From a virus (Duplodnaviria; Heunggongvirae; Uroviricota; Caudoviricetes), in IMG/VR virus record IMGVR_UViG_2534681990_000031: a stretch of 39,588 bases of DNA; one strand, given 5' to 3'. The position numbers and the translations under genes are program-made. This document shows positions 27,234 through 35,451 of this stretch, one piece after another; position 1 is the stretch's first letter, and each line of letters starts with the position of its first letter. The notes under the pieces are model-generated. The model was not told where the DNA came from. It saw only the letters and a program-made list of their open reading frames with translations, and made no database searches.

Positions 27234-27814
27234 CAGGCTTTACCCAACAGAATCCCCTTAATACGGGACTCAAGCTGTTCACTCATCCCGTCCACGCCGC
27301 GCAGCTCGTCGGTGACCGCGTTTGCCATCTCTTCAGCAAATGCGGCCCGGATTTCTTTTTCACGCTTAATGCTGCGCTCGGCGGCACTTTCCGCACGCTG
27401 TGCTGACAGGAGGATGTCTTTGATGAGGCGCATATCCACGTCGCTGTCGCTGTTCAGAGATTCGGTCGCGGCACGCAGGCGGCGGTACATCAGGGCGCGG
27501 GACATTTCCAGAATCAGCGCTGTGGTTTCACCGGTTGGCTTGTCCCCCAGTTCGGCCATCATGGCTTTTGTCTGCTCGCGTAAATCACGCAGGTTACGGG
27601 CAATCAGCTCATTACGGGAGGCTTCCCGGCTGATGGCCGCCGGTGAAAGCTGCTGCTCTTCCGGCAGGCCCGCCTCTCGGATCAGACGGTTGATTTCCTC
27701 GCGGATCTGGACCTGCGTCAGACGTTTTTCACGCAGCATTTCCAGCAGCGGCTTACGGATGCTGTCGGGGAGCAAATCCACCTTGCGTACACGACCACGC
27801 GTCGGCTTGTCCAT
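27233..27814 (-). CDS. Mu gp27-like protein (putative small terminase / DNA-binding)
   Basis: 193 aa, N-terminal HTH-like region, coiled C-terminus, immediately upstream of large terminase. Confidence 0.6.
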   Translation of the reverse strand: MDKPTRGRVRKVDLLPDSIRKPLLEMLREKRLTQVQIREEINRLIREAGLPEEQQLSPAAISREASRNELIARNLRDLREQTKAMMAELGDKPTGETTALILEMSRALMYRRLRAATESLNSDSDVDMRLIKDILLSAQRAESAAERSIKREKEIRAAFAEEMANAVTDELRGVDGMSEQLESRIKGILLGKA

Positions 27815-27816
27815 CG

Positions 27817-28107
27817 TTACCCCCTTGCGCGTGGTTTCTTCACACCCGGAACGCAGGCCCGGCCTTCCGCCACATCCTGCCCACGACCGGTCAGTTCCGC
27901 GATGAAATAACCGTTAATCAGAACGCGTTTGCGCACCAGTCCCTGCTCGGCAAGCCAGGCAATGTGGGTGTGAACGGTGTCGCGGGACACGCGGTGGCCG
28001 TAATCATCCAGACAGTCCTGGAGCACGGATTCACCCAGTTCACCGTTGTAATCTGCCAGCGACCGCAGAATGACCAGACGCTGATCTTCAGTAATGAAAT
28101 CACTCAT
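27817..28107 (-). CDS. hypothetical protein (Mu gp26 position)
   Basis: 96 aa track ORF between lysis cassette and gp27-like gene. Confidence 0.5.
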   Translation of the reverse strand: MSDFITEDQRLVILRSLADYNGELGESVLQDCLDDYGHRVSRDTVHTHIAWLAEQGLVRKRVLINGYFIAELTGRGQDVAEGRACVPGVKKPRARG

Positions 28108-28412
28108 TGCGTTTTTTTCCTTACAGCCTGCTCCAGCAGCAGTTCGTTCTGATAGGAGACAGAGCGGAGCGTGGCGTTCGTGGTTTTCAGTTCACCCCGC
28201 AGGGTCACGATTTCCACATTCAGACGGTTGACCTCGGCTTCTGTCGGCAGTGACGACAGGCGGGTTTCCACCTTCTCAACGCGGTCGGAGAGTTTTTCAA
28301 AGGCCTCGCGGGGGACAAACGTTTTGCGCATCAGCGCCATGAATATCCCGCCAGCGGTTGCCGTCGCCGAAAGGATCGGCACAACATAATCTTTAACGAT
28401 GCTGACCCACAT
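28104..28412 (-). CDS. membrane protein, Mu gp25-like (candidate releasin, DUF2730-type)
   Basis: 102 aa; N-terminal TM helix then coiled coil; ATG at 28412 overlapping upstream stop. Confidence 0.5.
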   Translation of the reverse strand: MWVSIVKDYVVPILSATATAGGIFMALMRKTFVPREAFEKLSDRVEKVETRLSSLPTEAEVNRLNVEIVTLRGELKTTNATLRSVSYQNELLLEQAVRKKTQ

Positions 28413-28620
28413 TACGGGCCTCCATGATGTTCTGGCAGTTCACACAACGGATGGCATCAGGCACAGCAACAAGACGTGCGGCGGGGATCTCTCCACCACA
28501 GTCCGCGCAGACACGTCTGCCCGGCGTATCCACTGCCTGGCGCTTACGTGTCAGCCGGTTACAAAGGGCGCGTTCTGATCCCCGCTCCATCACAGCCTGA
28601 GCACGATCTGAATCATCCAT
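28393..28620 (-). CDS. TraR/DksA-family C4 zinc-finger protein
   Basis: 75 aa; CADCGGEIPAARL...IRCVNCQ two CxxC pairs with conserved spacing. Confidence 0.6.
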   Translation of the reverse strand: MDDSDRAQAVMERGSERALCNRLTRKRQAVDTPGRRVCADCGGEIPAARLVAVPDAIRCVNCQNIMEARNVGQHR

Positions 28621-28629
28621 ACCTTTTCC

Positions 28630-29001
28630 TTACTTCGTTTTTCCTGCCGGAACAGCAGGCGTTCCGGCCATATCAGTAAATTCATGTTGTCGCCGCGTCT
28701 CCAGACGACGAATACTGGCCTTGTCCACGTTGCAGTTCTTGATCACCGCCAGCAGTTGCAGGTTGTAAGTGACCGATGCCCCAAACGTGAACGGCTCCGG
28801 CGCAGGAGGGACTAGGCAGTCAGCCAGCCATTCAGCGGGGATCGGCACCGGCTTCACAGGCACGTATTTCACAGACGGCCCGGCGCACCCGATCAGCCAC
28901 ATCATCAGGAACAGGGGCAGAGGCCGCAGGCACTGCTGCCAGCGACCGGCGGACAACGCTCTGCTGCCCCTCGCTGTGCTGAATGTTCTGTTGTTTTTCA
29001 T
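28630..29001 (-). CDS. o-spanin (outer-membrane lipoprotein, Rz1-like), overlapped arrangement
   Basis: Internal ATG of track ORF 28630..29196 gives signal peptide with lipobox LIGC; Pro-rich mature part; GAGG RBS; start lies inside the i-spanin gene. Confidence 0.55.
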   Translation of the reverse strand: MKNNRTFSTARGSRALSAGRWQQCLRPLPLFLMMWLIGCAGPSVKYVPVKPVPIPAEWLADCLVPPAPEPFTFGASVTYNLQLLAVIKNCNVDKASIRRLETRRQHEFTDMAGTPAVPAGKTK

Positions 29002-29332
29002 TCGTGGCCGCCTCACTGATTTGTGAAATGAGTTGCAGGGTGTGCTGCTGATTTGCCAGCACCTGACGCGCCTCATCCCGCTCACGCACAAGCACCTGAT
29101 TATTGTCTTCAAGGCGCTGCGTCTTCTGGTGCATTCCCCATATCGCGGCAACCAGTACAGCGATAATCCCCAGCGCCGCCATGCACGCCCCGGCAATCAG
29201 GGCCGGTAAGGCATTATTCACCGCAGCCACAGGACACCCCGTAACAGCAGTACCGCACACAGCAGCGCTATCATGATCGGTCGCCAGAAGCGGTTCAGAC
29301 TTTCGGCAAATCGTAGCGACATAACCATTCAT
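28832..29332 (-). CDS. i-spanin (Rz-like, N-terminal TM then coiled coil)
   Basis: ATG at 29332 within track ORF 28832..29353 (listed first codon is TTG); TM segment MAALGIIAVLVAAIWGM then charged helical region. Confidence 0.6.
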   Translation of the reverse strand: MNGYVATICRKSEPLLATDHDSAAVCGTAVTGCPVAAVNNALPALIAGACMAALGIIAVLVAAIWGMHQKTQRLEDNNQVLVRERDEARQVLANQQHTLQLISQISEAATNEKQQNIQHSEGQQSVVRRSLAAVPAASAPVPDDVADRVRRAVCEIRACEAGADPR

Positions 29333-29795
29333 CCGCCGAACGGCGGGCCTCAAGGCCGGGGAGCTTCACCCCCTTTGAATAAATCCAGCGGATATACTGC
29401 TTACAGGACGCGGGCATCTGCCCGGCATTGATCAGGCGCAGAAGCGTGGAGTTGCGAAAGTTCGTTTCACCGGCCCAGAAGATCCACGAAGCCAGCGCCA
29501 CCGTCTGACCACGGGTAAGCGGCACCTGAACACGCCGATCAATGGCCGCAAAGGCCCATTTCATGTCCTTTTCCAGTAGTTCCAGGCATTCTTCATCCGT
29601 CAGGGTCATACCCGGTTTCACATCCGGGCCGGTATGGCCGTAACAGATGGTGGGTGTACCGGTGGGATCGATATACGTGGAGTTTTCTTTCCCTTCCCAG
29701 TAACCGGTGTAATGCGTGGCAATCGTGAACGTCCCGGCACCGGCCAGAACAAGGGCAATCAGCTTTTTACGCAGTGGTGCGGGGAGTTTTGGCAT
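29295..29795 (-). CDS. endolysin, T4/lambda-type lysozyme fold with N-terminal SAR-like domain
   Basis: YWEGKENSTYIDPTGTPTICYGHT catalytic motif; weakly hydrophobic N-terminus LIALVLAGAGTFTIATHY. Confidence 0.85.
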   Translation of the reverse strand: MPKLPAPLRKKLIALVLAGAGTFTIATHYTGYWEGKENSTYIDPTGTPTICYGHTGPDVKPGMTLTDEECLELLEKDMKWAFAAIDRRVQVPLTRGQTVALASWIFWAGETNFRNSTLLRLINAGQMPASCKQYIRWIYSKGVKLPGLEARRSADEWLCRYDLPKV

Positions 29796-29796
29796 T

Positions 29797-29834
29797 GTTA
29801 CGCTGTCTCATGATGTTCTCTGAGTCAGCGTAAC
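29797..29834 (-). promoter_or_regulatory. perfect 9-bp inverted repeat (GTTACGCTG / CAGCGTAAC, 20-bp spacer) abutting endolysin start codon
   Basis: Read directly in the mor/C-lys intergenic region; function unknown (activator site or 5'-UTR hairpin). Confidence 0.35.
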
Positions 29835-29866
29835 GGTGAAGGAAAGGCGGCAGGCTTTGCGGAATA

Positions 29867-30292
29867 TCAGAAAAGTGGCGGTTGTGTTCTTGCCAGATGC
29901 AGACGGCGCTGTTCACGTATGACGGTATAAATCTGGGTTTCTGACATCCGGTAATGGCGGCGAAGGGATTCAATTTTCTCGCCCCGGTCCCAGCGCGAAA
30001 ATATCTCATTGTTTCGCAGCTCGGCAAAGAGAGATTCCCCGACCGGCAGGTAATAACCCCGTCCGCCCATATAGGCTGCCTGAGCCGCAGCCACCTTGCG
30101 TGCCAGTTTGCCGGCCAGTACCGGCTCAATCCCCTGACGCTGAAGTTCTGCGCCGGTGACTTCAACCAGTTCTGACAGGGTCCGCGGCCAGTTCTTTTTG
30201 AGAACATCATCAGGGATGTCATCAAGGCGGTCGATAAGGGCGTGCAGTTGCTCACTGTCACCACCAAACATGCTCATCTGAGTTTCTGCCAT
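29867..30292 (-). CDS. Mor/C-family transcriptional activator
   Basis: 141 aa; C-terminal HTH ...RRHYRMSETQIYTVIREQRR resembles recalled Mu Mor C-terminus; only family member in window. Confidence 0.8.
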   Translation of the reverse strand: MAETQMSMFGGDSEQLHALIDRLDDIPDDVLKKNWPRTLSELVEVTGAELQRQGIEPVLAGKLARKVAAAQAAYMGGRGYYLPVGESLFAELRNNEIFSRWDRGEKIESLRRHYRMSETQIYTVIREQRRLHLARTQPPLF

Positions 30293-30320
30293 ATCAGCCT
30301 CCGGTTCTCGCGTTCCCGGT

Positions 30321-30355
30321 AAGTTTAAAATAAAAATCCCGCGTTGTGGCGGGAT
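30321..30355 (-). terminator. rho-independent terminator after gemA (stem ATCCCGC/GCGGGAT then TTTTATTTT on minus strand)
   Basis: 7-bp GC-rich stem, 6-nt loop, U-run on the coding (minus) strand 7 bp after gemA stop. Confidence 0.55.
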
Positions 30356-30361
30356 TTGGGG

Positions 30362-30871
30362 TTAACGGGGAAGTGATTTTTCATACTGCCTGCAAACGGC
30401 GTCATACCCCATCAGCGTGCGTTCGGGCATTCCCATCGCGGCCAGCATTTTGCGGCGGTGCCATCGCTTGAGACGCTCCAGCACATCTGAGGCCAGGGCG
30501 GGGTGTTGCTCCAGCCACTGCCAGTTTGCCACACCTTCGCCGCCGTTTTGCGCGGCCGTCTGCGATTTCACCCAGCGGTTAAGGGCGGTTTCCGCACCAT
30601 CAGAGATAAAGCCCTGCCGGTGCATCACCTTCCAGATGGCGCGAATTTTAGCGGTCACCGTACCCGGTTTTAAGGCCCGGTTAACCGGGTTCTGACGCAC
30701 TTTAAAACCGCGTTTTTTGAAAACATCCAGCACGCGGGATAACTCATCCGGTGACATATCCCGGCAGCTGGTTTTGCCGGTGACCGCCAGTAGTACGGAT
30801 GTGTAGGTTTCATCATCCAGGGCAAGCTCGCGTTTTGCCACATGAATGGCAGATATCAGTTTCCCTCTCAT
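30362..30871 (-). CDS. gemA: GemA-like protein (Mu gp16 family)
   Basis: 169 aa; MRGKLISAIHVAKRELALDDETYTSVLLAVTGKTSCRDMSPDEL matches recalled gp16/GemA N-terminal signature; synteny next to mor. Confidence 0.75.
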   Translation of the reverse strand: MRGKLISAIHVAKRELALDDETYTSVLLAVTGKTSCRDMSPDELSRVLDVFKKRGFKVRQNPVNRALKPGTVTAKIRAIWKVMHRQGFISDGAETALNRWVKSQTAAQNGGEGVANWQWLEQHPALASDVLERLKRWHRRKMLAAMGMPERTLMGYDAVCRQYEKSLPR

Positions 30872-31164
30872 GCTGTATCAACACTCCTGCGGATATGATA
30901 GGTATTATTTTCCCGATCGAGCTGAACCCGATACTCCGGAGGAATCACAAAAATATTAAAACCATCATCAGTTTTTATTCTTGAGTAGCATTCCCCCTTA
31001 TGATATCTGGCCAGTGCATTAATCAGAGAAGTCGCAGCCTGCCCAATCAGGTATTTTTTATGAAAAATACTGATAACTTTCCGGCACAGCCATCGTGTAA
31101 TGACGAATGCACCGAAAAAGGATGTGATATATAAATACCAGAACAACTGCGAACTACTGTCCAT
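30868..31164 (-). CDS. hypothetical membrane protein (98 aa, one N-terminal TM helix)
   Basis: Track ORF; LFWYLYITSFFGAFVITRWL TM segment; AT-rich codon usage; overlapping starts/stops with neighbours. Confidence 0.5.
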   Translation of the reverse strand: MDSSSQLFWYLYITSFFGAFVITRWLCRKVISIFHKKYLIGQAATSLINALARYHKGECYSRIKTDDGFNIFVIPPEYRVQLDRENNTYHIRRSVDTA

Positions 31165-31351
31165 TATCTTTCTCCTTATTCAGTCTTCTGCGGCATTCGG
31201 CACAGTCATCAGGGCTTTCAAATGTATCCGGCTCGCGATTATGAGCCAGATATAACCACCGTCCACATATACTGATATTTTCGCCTGTTTTAAAAAAATG
31301 ATGCTTCCTGGCCATTAGTGGCCGCGCCCATCCAGCGGGTAGACTATTCAT
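31154..31351 (-). CDS. hypothetical small Cys-containing protein (65 aa)
   Basis: Track ORF; C...CAEC arrangement (ICGRW...DDCAECRRRL); AT-rich. Confidence 0.45.
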   Translation of the reverse strand: MNSLPAGWARPLMARKHHFFKTGENISICGRWLYLAHNREPDTFESPDDCAECRRRLNKEKDNGQ

Positions 31352-31679
31352 TTGCTTTATCCTCCATGCTGGACAGAATCATATGTATTAATGTCGGGCG
31401 TGGAGATATACGCATTTCATTAAGCGTCTGAAGGGCAGCAACAGCTGCCTGTTTATCGGTGCCTTTGGCAATTTCAGCAAGAGAATGCACAATCCATAAT
31501 GGGCTTAACGCTACGGCTGAATGCAGAATCATGTCATCCATAATAATTTCTGGCATATCCCGTTTGTCACATTCTTTATCCATAAAAGAAACGATTTTTT
31601 CTGCATCTTCCGGTTTCATGCCTCCGGCGATGAGAATTTTACGATATTCATAAGACGATCTTAATTCAATACTCATCAT
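31344..31679 (-). CDS. hypothetical protein (111 aa)
   Basis: Track ORF; AT-rich block; translationally coupled with neighbours. Confidence 0.5.
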   Translation of the reverse strand: MMSIELRSSYEYRKILIAGGMKPEDAEKIVSFMDKECDKRDMPEIIMDDMILHSAVALSPLWIVHSLAEIAKGTDKQAAVAALQTLNEMRISPRPTLIHMILSSMEDKANE

Positions 31680-31691
31680 TCACCTGCCTGT

Positions 31692-32060
31692 TTAATCAGT
31701 TTCCAGTGCTTTGCTACGGGCAACAGCCTCACACTCAAAAAATACCGACTCCGGCACACGCTCCTTTAATTCACGAACAAGAAAATCATTAACGAGTTCA
31801 TGACGTCTTATATTTCTTTCCTTTTCCTCCTGGCGCAATACAGCAAGGCGGTATTCAACAGTCCGGCGTTGTTTCTGAAAGACAGCCAGTGCTTTTCTGG
31901 CAGAGTTACGCAATGTATCATCGCCACAGGGTTCGTATTCAAGCTGAAATTTAATCTCTTCAATGGTTTCTTTTATTTTTGCCAGCAAGCTAAGACAGTC
32001 GCTGATTGTCTTCAGTTTTTCATTATCAATATAACTTCTCACGCATTCACCTCCCGTCAT
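31692..32060 (-). CDS. hypothetical coiled-coil protein (~122 aa)
   Basis: Track ORF 31692..32084; start moved to internal ATG (MTGGECV) that abuts upstream stop. Confidence 0.45.
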   Translation of the reverse strand: MTGGECVRSYIDNEKLKTISDCLSLLAKIKETIEEIKFQLEYEPCGDDTLRNSARKALAVFQKQRRTVEYRLAVLRQEEKERNIRRHELVNDFLVRELKERVPESVFFECEAVARSKALETD

Positions 32061-32368
32061 TCCGGTAAAGCTGAAATATGGCACCAGTGCGTCACCTGTC
32101 CGTCCTCATCTTCAAGGCAGGCTCCGGTTTCTTCATCAATAAAAAAGCCTTCATACCCCATATGGCCGATGCGCAGTTCCTGTTGGTCACCATACTGAAC
32201 AATCAGCACGACAGCCTCCATATCAGGCGGGAAAGCATCATTCAGTGAATGCCAGGGATAACCGCGCAAATCCCCGAAATAAACACCGGTCAGCGTTCCG
32301 CCACAGACCGGCATTCCGACGGCACACACAAGGGGTTCATCTGATTCAACAAATAATGTCGTTATCAT
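32057..32368 (-). CDS. hypothetical strongly acidic protein (103 aa)
   Basis: Track ORF; ~20 Asp/Glu versus few basic residues; ATGA overlap with upstream gene. Confidence 0.5.
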   Translation of the reverse strand: MITTLFVESDEPLVCAVGMPVCGGTLTGVYFGDLRGYPWHSLNDAFPPDMEAVVLIVQYGDQQELRIGHMGYEGFFIDEETGACLEDEDGQVTHWCHISALPE

Positions 32369-32916
32369 GGCATTAATTCCCGTAATACAACATCTTCGGC
32401 AGTCCGACGACGGTGATAAATAAAACTCACCGTGCCCTCGGATAATTCAAATTTCTCGCCGATTTCCCTAAAGGTAAGACGCCGTGGTGATTCAGCATCC
32501 CGTAATTCACGAATAAGACGAACATCATCGTCAGGTATGCGGGTGAAGGGCAGCAACTCTCCGTATTTTTTCATGCTTACGCCAATATATCGCGCCCGAT
32601 TGTGGACAGAATCCCGGTCTCGCCCCAGATATTCTCCTATTTGCTTACCGGTCATTGTTCTGGCATTTTTTCGGATAAATTTATCTTCATCAGGTTTAAA
32701 TCTGAGGCGTTTGCATTTGAGCAACTCCGGGTAAGTACCGCGTAATAAAACAATCCGGTTATGTACACCCCAGAAACTTCTTTTTATCCTGACAGCAATA
32801 TCCTTAACCGGGGTGGATGGATAAAGCGCAATCAGCAGCGCATCTTCTTCAGGTGTCCATGCGCGAACATGAGCGGGTGCACGGCCTTTTCTCCCCATGG
32901 GTTGTAATATCATCAT
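32365..32916 (-). CDS. hypothetical DNA-binding protein with three HTH-like repeats
   Basis: 183 aa; three ~50-aa segments each ending in an HTH-like stretch (KDIAVRIKRSFWGVHNRI; GKQIGEYLGRDRDSVHNRARYIG; LTFREIGEKFELSEGTVSFIYHRRR). Confidence 0.5.
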   Translation of the reverse strand: MMILQPMGRKGRAPAHVRAWTPEEDALLIALYPSTPVKDIAVRIKRSFWGVHNRIVLLRGTYPELLKCKRLRFKPDEDKFIRKNARTMTGKQIGEYLGRDRDSVHNRARYIGVSMKKYGELLPFTRIPDDDVRLIRELRDAESPRRLTFREIGEKFELSEGTVSFIYHRRRTAEDVVLRELMP

Positions 32917-32919
32917 GCA

Positions 32920-33435
32920 TCACCCCCTGACTCGCTTTTCAGCAGCATAAAACTCATCAGACAGAATTTCGGTCATTTTCTGATTTGCGGGTTTTACGCC
33001 GCACTCAAGGTAAATCACATCGTCAACGCAGAACCACTTCACAGGGCCAAACATGATTGCCGAGAAATCAATACCCAGCCAGAACAACAGTGCATCGGTT
33101 CTGGCATACGTGACGGGCGAATATTCACGCCACAGACTGTTAAGTTCGTCAGAGGCAACGCGCAGGGCTTTGGGAATACGTGATGTGCGCGGTGTGCAGC
33201 TCCAGCCATTCGACGCAGTCGGTTTTCGCCATAAGTCGCGATGAAAAGGATATTTGTCATCCATAAAGCGCAGCCCTTTAAAACAAAAGCCACTGATACC
33301 GGATACAAATACCGACCGGCACGCAACATTCAGCACGGCCTCAAGGCGTTTTGCCTCATCCTTAACTTTCTGGCAGTCCTGCTGATATTTTTGCCACGCG
33401 GCCAGCGCGGAAGGGTTTGATGTTTTAAAGAACAT
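32920..33435 (-). CDS. hypothetical protein (171 aa)
   Basis: Track ORF in early operon, translationally coupled. Confidence 0.5.
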   Translation of the reverse strand: MFFKTSNPSALAAWQKYQQDCQKVKDEAKRLEAVLNVACRSVFVSGISGFCFKGLRFMDDKYPFHRDLWRKPTASNGWSCTPRTSRIPKALRVASDELNSLWREYSPVTYARTDALLFWLGIDFSAIMFGPVKWFCVDDVIYLECGVKPANQKMTEILSDEFYAAEKRVRG

Positions 33436-33968
33436 TACGCCACCTCCGCAGATATCCCGGCAGGCGCGGCCGTCCGGTCAACAATCAGGTAACGCAGAAC
33501 GCGCGAGGTGATATTCCAGCCGCTTAAACCGCAGATAATGACACCCAGGCGTATGTCGATATACGCCATCACAAACTGGGGCACGCCTTCTTTCATGGCC
33601 TGCTCATCAACTTCAGCCACCACATAAACGGTTTCACAGGTCAGAACGCCCTGAGCAAATTCCCACGCCATTGACGGAATATCATGCCCCTCAATCCACG
33701 GCAGGGATTTTCTGAAGCTGCACCACTGAACATCATCAGCCGCACCTTCCTGGCTGCATTTGCGACGAACCGGCTGCACCGGGCGGGGACGCGGAATATC
33801 ATAAAAACCGTTACATTCCGTCAGCACCCCGGCATCGACCGCATCACGCAGAAAATAAACCATCGAGGATGGCGGCATATTCATTTTTTCAGCCAGAATG
33901 CCGCAGGTCAGACGCCCGTAAATACTCAGCCAGTTTTTAACCCCTTCAAGCACTTTTGCACCAATCAT
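33435..33968 (-). CDS. hypothetical protein (177 aa)
   Basis: Track ORF in early operon. Confidence 0.5.
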   Translation of the reverse strand: MIGAKVLEGVKNWLSIYGRLTCGILAEKMNMPPSSMVYFLRDAVDAGVLTECNGFYDIPRPRPVQPVRRKCSQEGAADDVQWCSFRKSLPWIEGHDIPSMAWEFAQGVLTCETVYVVAEVDEQAMKEGVPQFVMAYIDIRLGVIICGLSGWNITSRVLRYLIVDRTAAPAGISAEVA

Positions 33969-33971
33969 GAA

Positions 33972-34514
33972 TTATTCCTCCGTCAGCGCCACATATTCAG
34001 AATGTTTAATCTCCTGGCATTCTTCAGGAATACCCCCTTTTATTTCCCTGCCATAAGCGCCTACTTTAAACACCACGCACAGGGCATCACGGGAGAGCGA
34101 CGGGGTCCACCAGGAGTCCATGTTAAACATGGAGGGGATTCTCATTACCCCCAGCTTTTCACAGAGCCAGACAAGGAAATCAGGACGCTTTCTTAACTCG
34201 CGTTCAGCGGCTTCAATCATTGCGGCAATCGCCGGTCCTTCAGGGCATGACTCATCAGGTCTGGCAATAAAGCACGGTCCGTCCCCGATAAAAGCCACAT
34301 CATCGCGCTTACGCCAGCCCGCAGGCAGAGCACCAGAAAAATAAAACTCACTGATTACGTCCATGGCAAACGGCTTTAAGCGCAATCCGGCAGCGCCTGT
34401 ATTTTTCAGTAATGCCCGAAGAATACTGTTGCGTAGCGGTAAAACAGTCTGTTGATATTTGGTGAAATATTTATTTGTCTGCACACGGTCTAATTTGAAA
34501 TAAAAATATGCCAT
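33972..34514 (-). CDS. hypothetical protein (180 aa)
   Basis: Track ORF; AAGGAACAGGATAT-ATG RBS; first gene after gam. Confidence 0.5.
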   Translation of the reverse strand: MAYFYFKLDRVQTNKYFTKYQQTVLPLRNSILRALLKNTGAAGLRLKPFAMDVISEFYFSGALPAGWRKRDDVAFIGDGPCFIARPDESCPEGPAIAAMIEAAERELRKRPDFLVWLCEKLGVMRIPSMFNMDSWWTPSLSRDALCVVFKVGAYGREIKGGIPEECQEIKHSEYVALTEE

Positions 34515-34611
34515 ATATCCTGTTCCTTATTTTCAGTTTACAGGCGCAGGCAGTCCCCTGACGCGAGCGCCATACTTAAAACGATGTGATATTTAAAGAT
34601 TTAATGCGGTG

Positions 34612-35142
34612 TTATTTATTCAGTCCGGCGTCCTGTTCAAAAGGCTCGACATAAAAACTTTCAGCGCCTTTATTCACCTTAATACCGGCAATGCCTTTCA
34701 CTGCATCCGGCTCCGCTAGGACCGCTTCCTTGTTCACTTCCTCTTTCGTGCGGATGAATCGCTCAAGCCCCATACGGCGCAGCATTTCAATCACACCTTC
34801 CACATCACGGCTGACGCTGCATGATGGATTTCCCAGCCGCCATGACACTGTTCCGGTGGTCAGATTGGCTGTTTTGGTTTTGCCGCCGTTCGTCAGCTCA
34901 TCGCGGTTGGTTTTGCACCAGTCCTGAATCCCCTTAAAAAGCACTTTGATTTCTTTTTTAAGGTTTTCAATCTGCGGCGTATAACGGGCGGTGATTTCTG
35001 CCACTTCATCATTCATCGCCGTTTCCAGCCGTAGCGCCTCTCGCTGAATATCGCCCAGGGTACGGATATCGCGGCTGACTTCTTCGCGGGTCTGCGGTGC
35101 AGCCTCGGCTGCGGCCTTTAATTTTGTAACACGTTTAGCCAT
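34612..35142 (-). CDS. gam: Gam-like DNA-end binding protein (host nuclease inhibitor, Ku-like)
   Basis: MAKRVTKLKAAAEAAPQTREEVSRDIRTLGDIQREALRLETAMNDEVAEI...DELTNGGKTKTANLTTGTVSWR closely resembles recalled Mu Gam. Confidence 0.85.
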   Translation of the reverse strand: MAKRVTKLKAAAEAAPQTREEVSRDIRTLGDIQREALRLETAMNDEVAEITARYTPQIENLKKEIKVLFKGIQDWCKTNRDELTNGGKTKTANLTTGTVSWRLGNPSCSVSRDVEGVIEMLRRMGLERFIRTKEEVNKEAVLAEPDAVKGIAGIKVNKGAESFYVEPFEQDAGLNK

Positions 35143-35153
35143 TTTGTTTTTCC

Positions 35154-35447
35154 TTATTGCAGTGTGCCTGATGCTTTATGCACGCGGTGGCGTTTAATGA
35201 TGGCATCCGCCCCAAAAGCCTGTACAGATGCCTGAAATTCCGCTGAGAGAAACTGAATAATTTCAGGACTGTGATACTGGAGAATACTTGCATAAACGCC
35301 ACAGAGTGACGTCGGCCTGTTATTCGTATCACGTTCTGTTTTTACATCCACACCAATCTTTTCATGCACTTCAACACAGTCATTGCCTGCCGGTTTTTCG
35401 TCATGCGAAACATGCTTAAATTCAAAAATAACGCGTACTTTGCTCAT
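35154..35447 (-). CDS. hypothetical protein, paralog 2 of tandem pair (97 aa)
   Basis: Internal ATG of track ORF 35154..35474; N-terminus MSKVRVIFEFKHVSHDEK parallels neighbour MSKVVRIIFEYKEHVIHK; AGGGG RBS. Confidence 0.5.
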   Translation of the reverse strand: MSKVRVIFEFKHVSHDEKPAGNDCVEVHEKIGVDVKTERDTNNRPTSLCGVYASILQYHSPEIIQFLSAEFQASVQAFGADAIIKRHRVHKASGTLQ

Positions 35448-35451
35448 GGAA

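Noticed and set aside
27312-27905. 197-aa plus-strand ORF
   Set aside because: Antisense to the gp27-like and gp26-like genes; extreme Arg/Ser composition.
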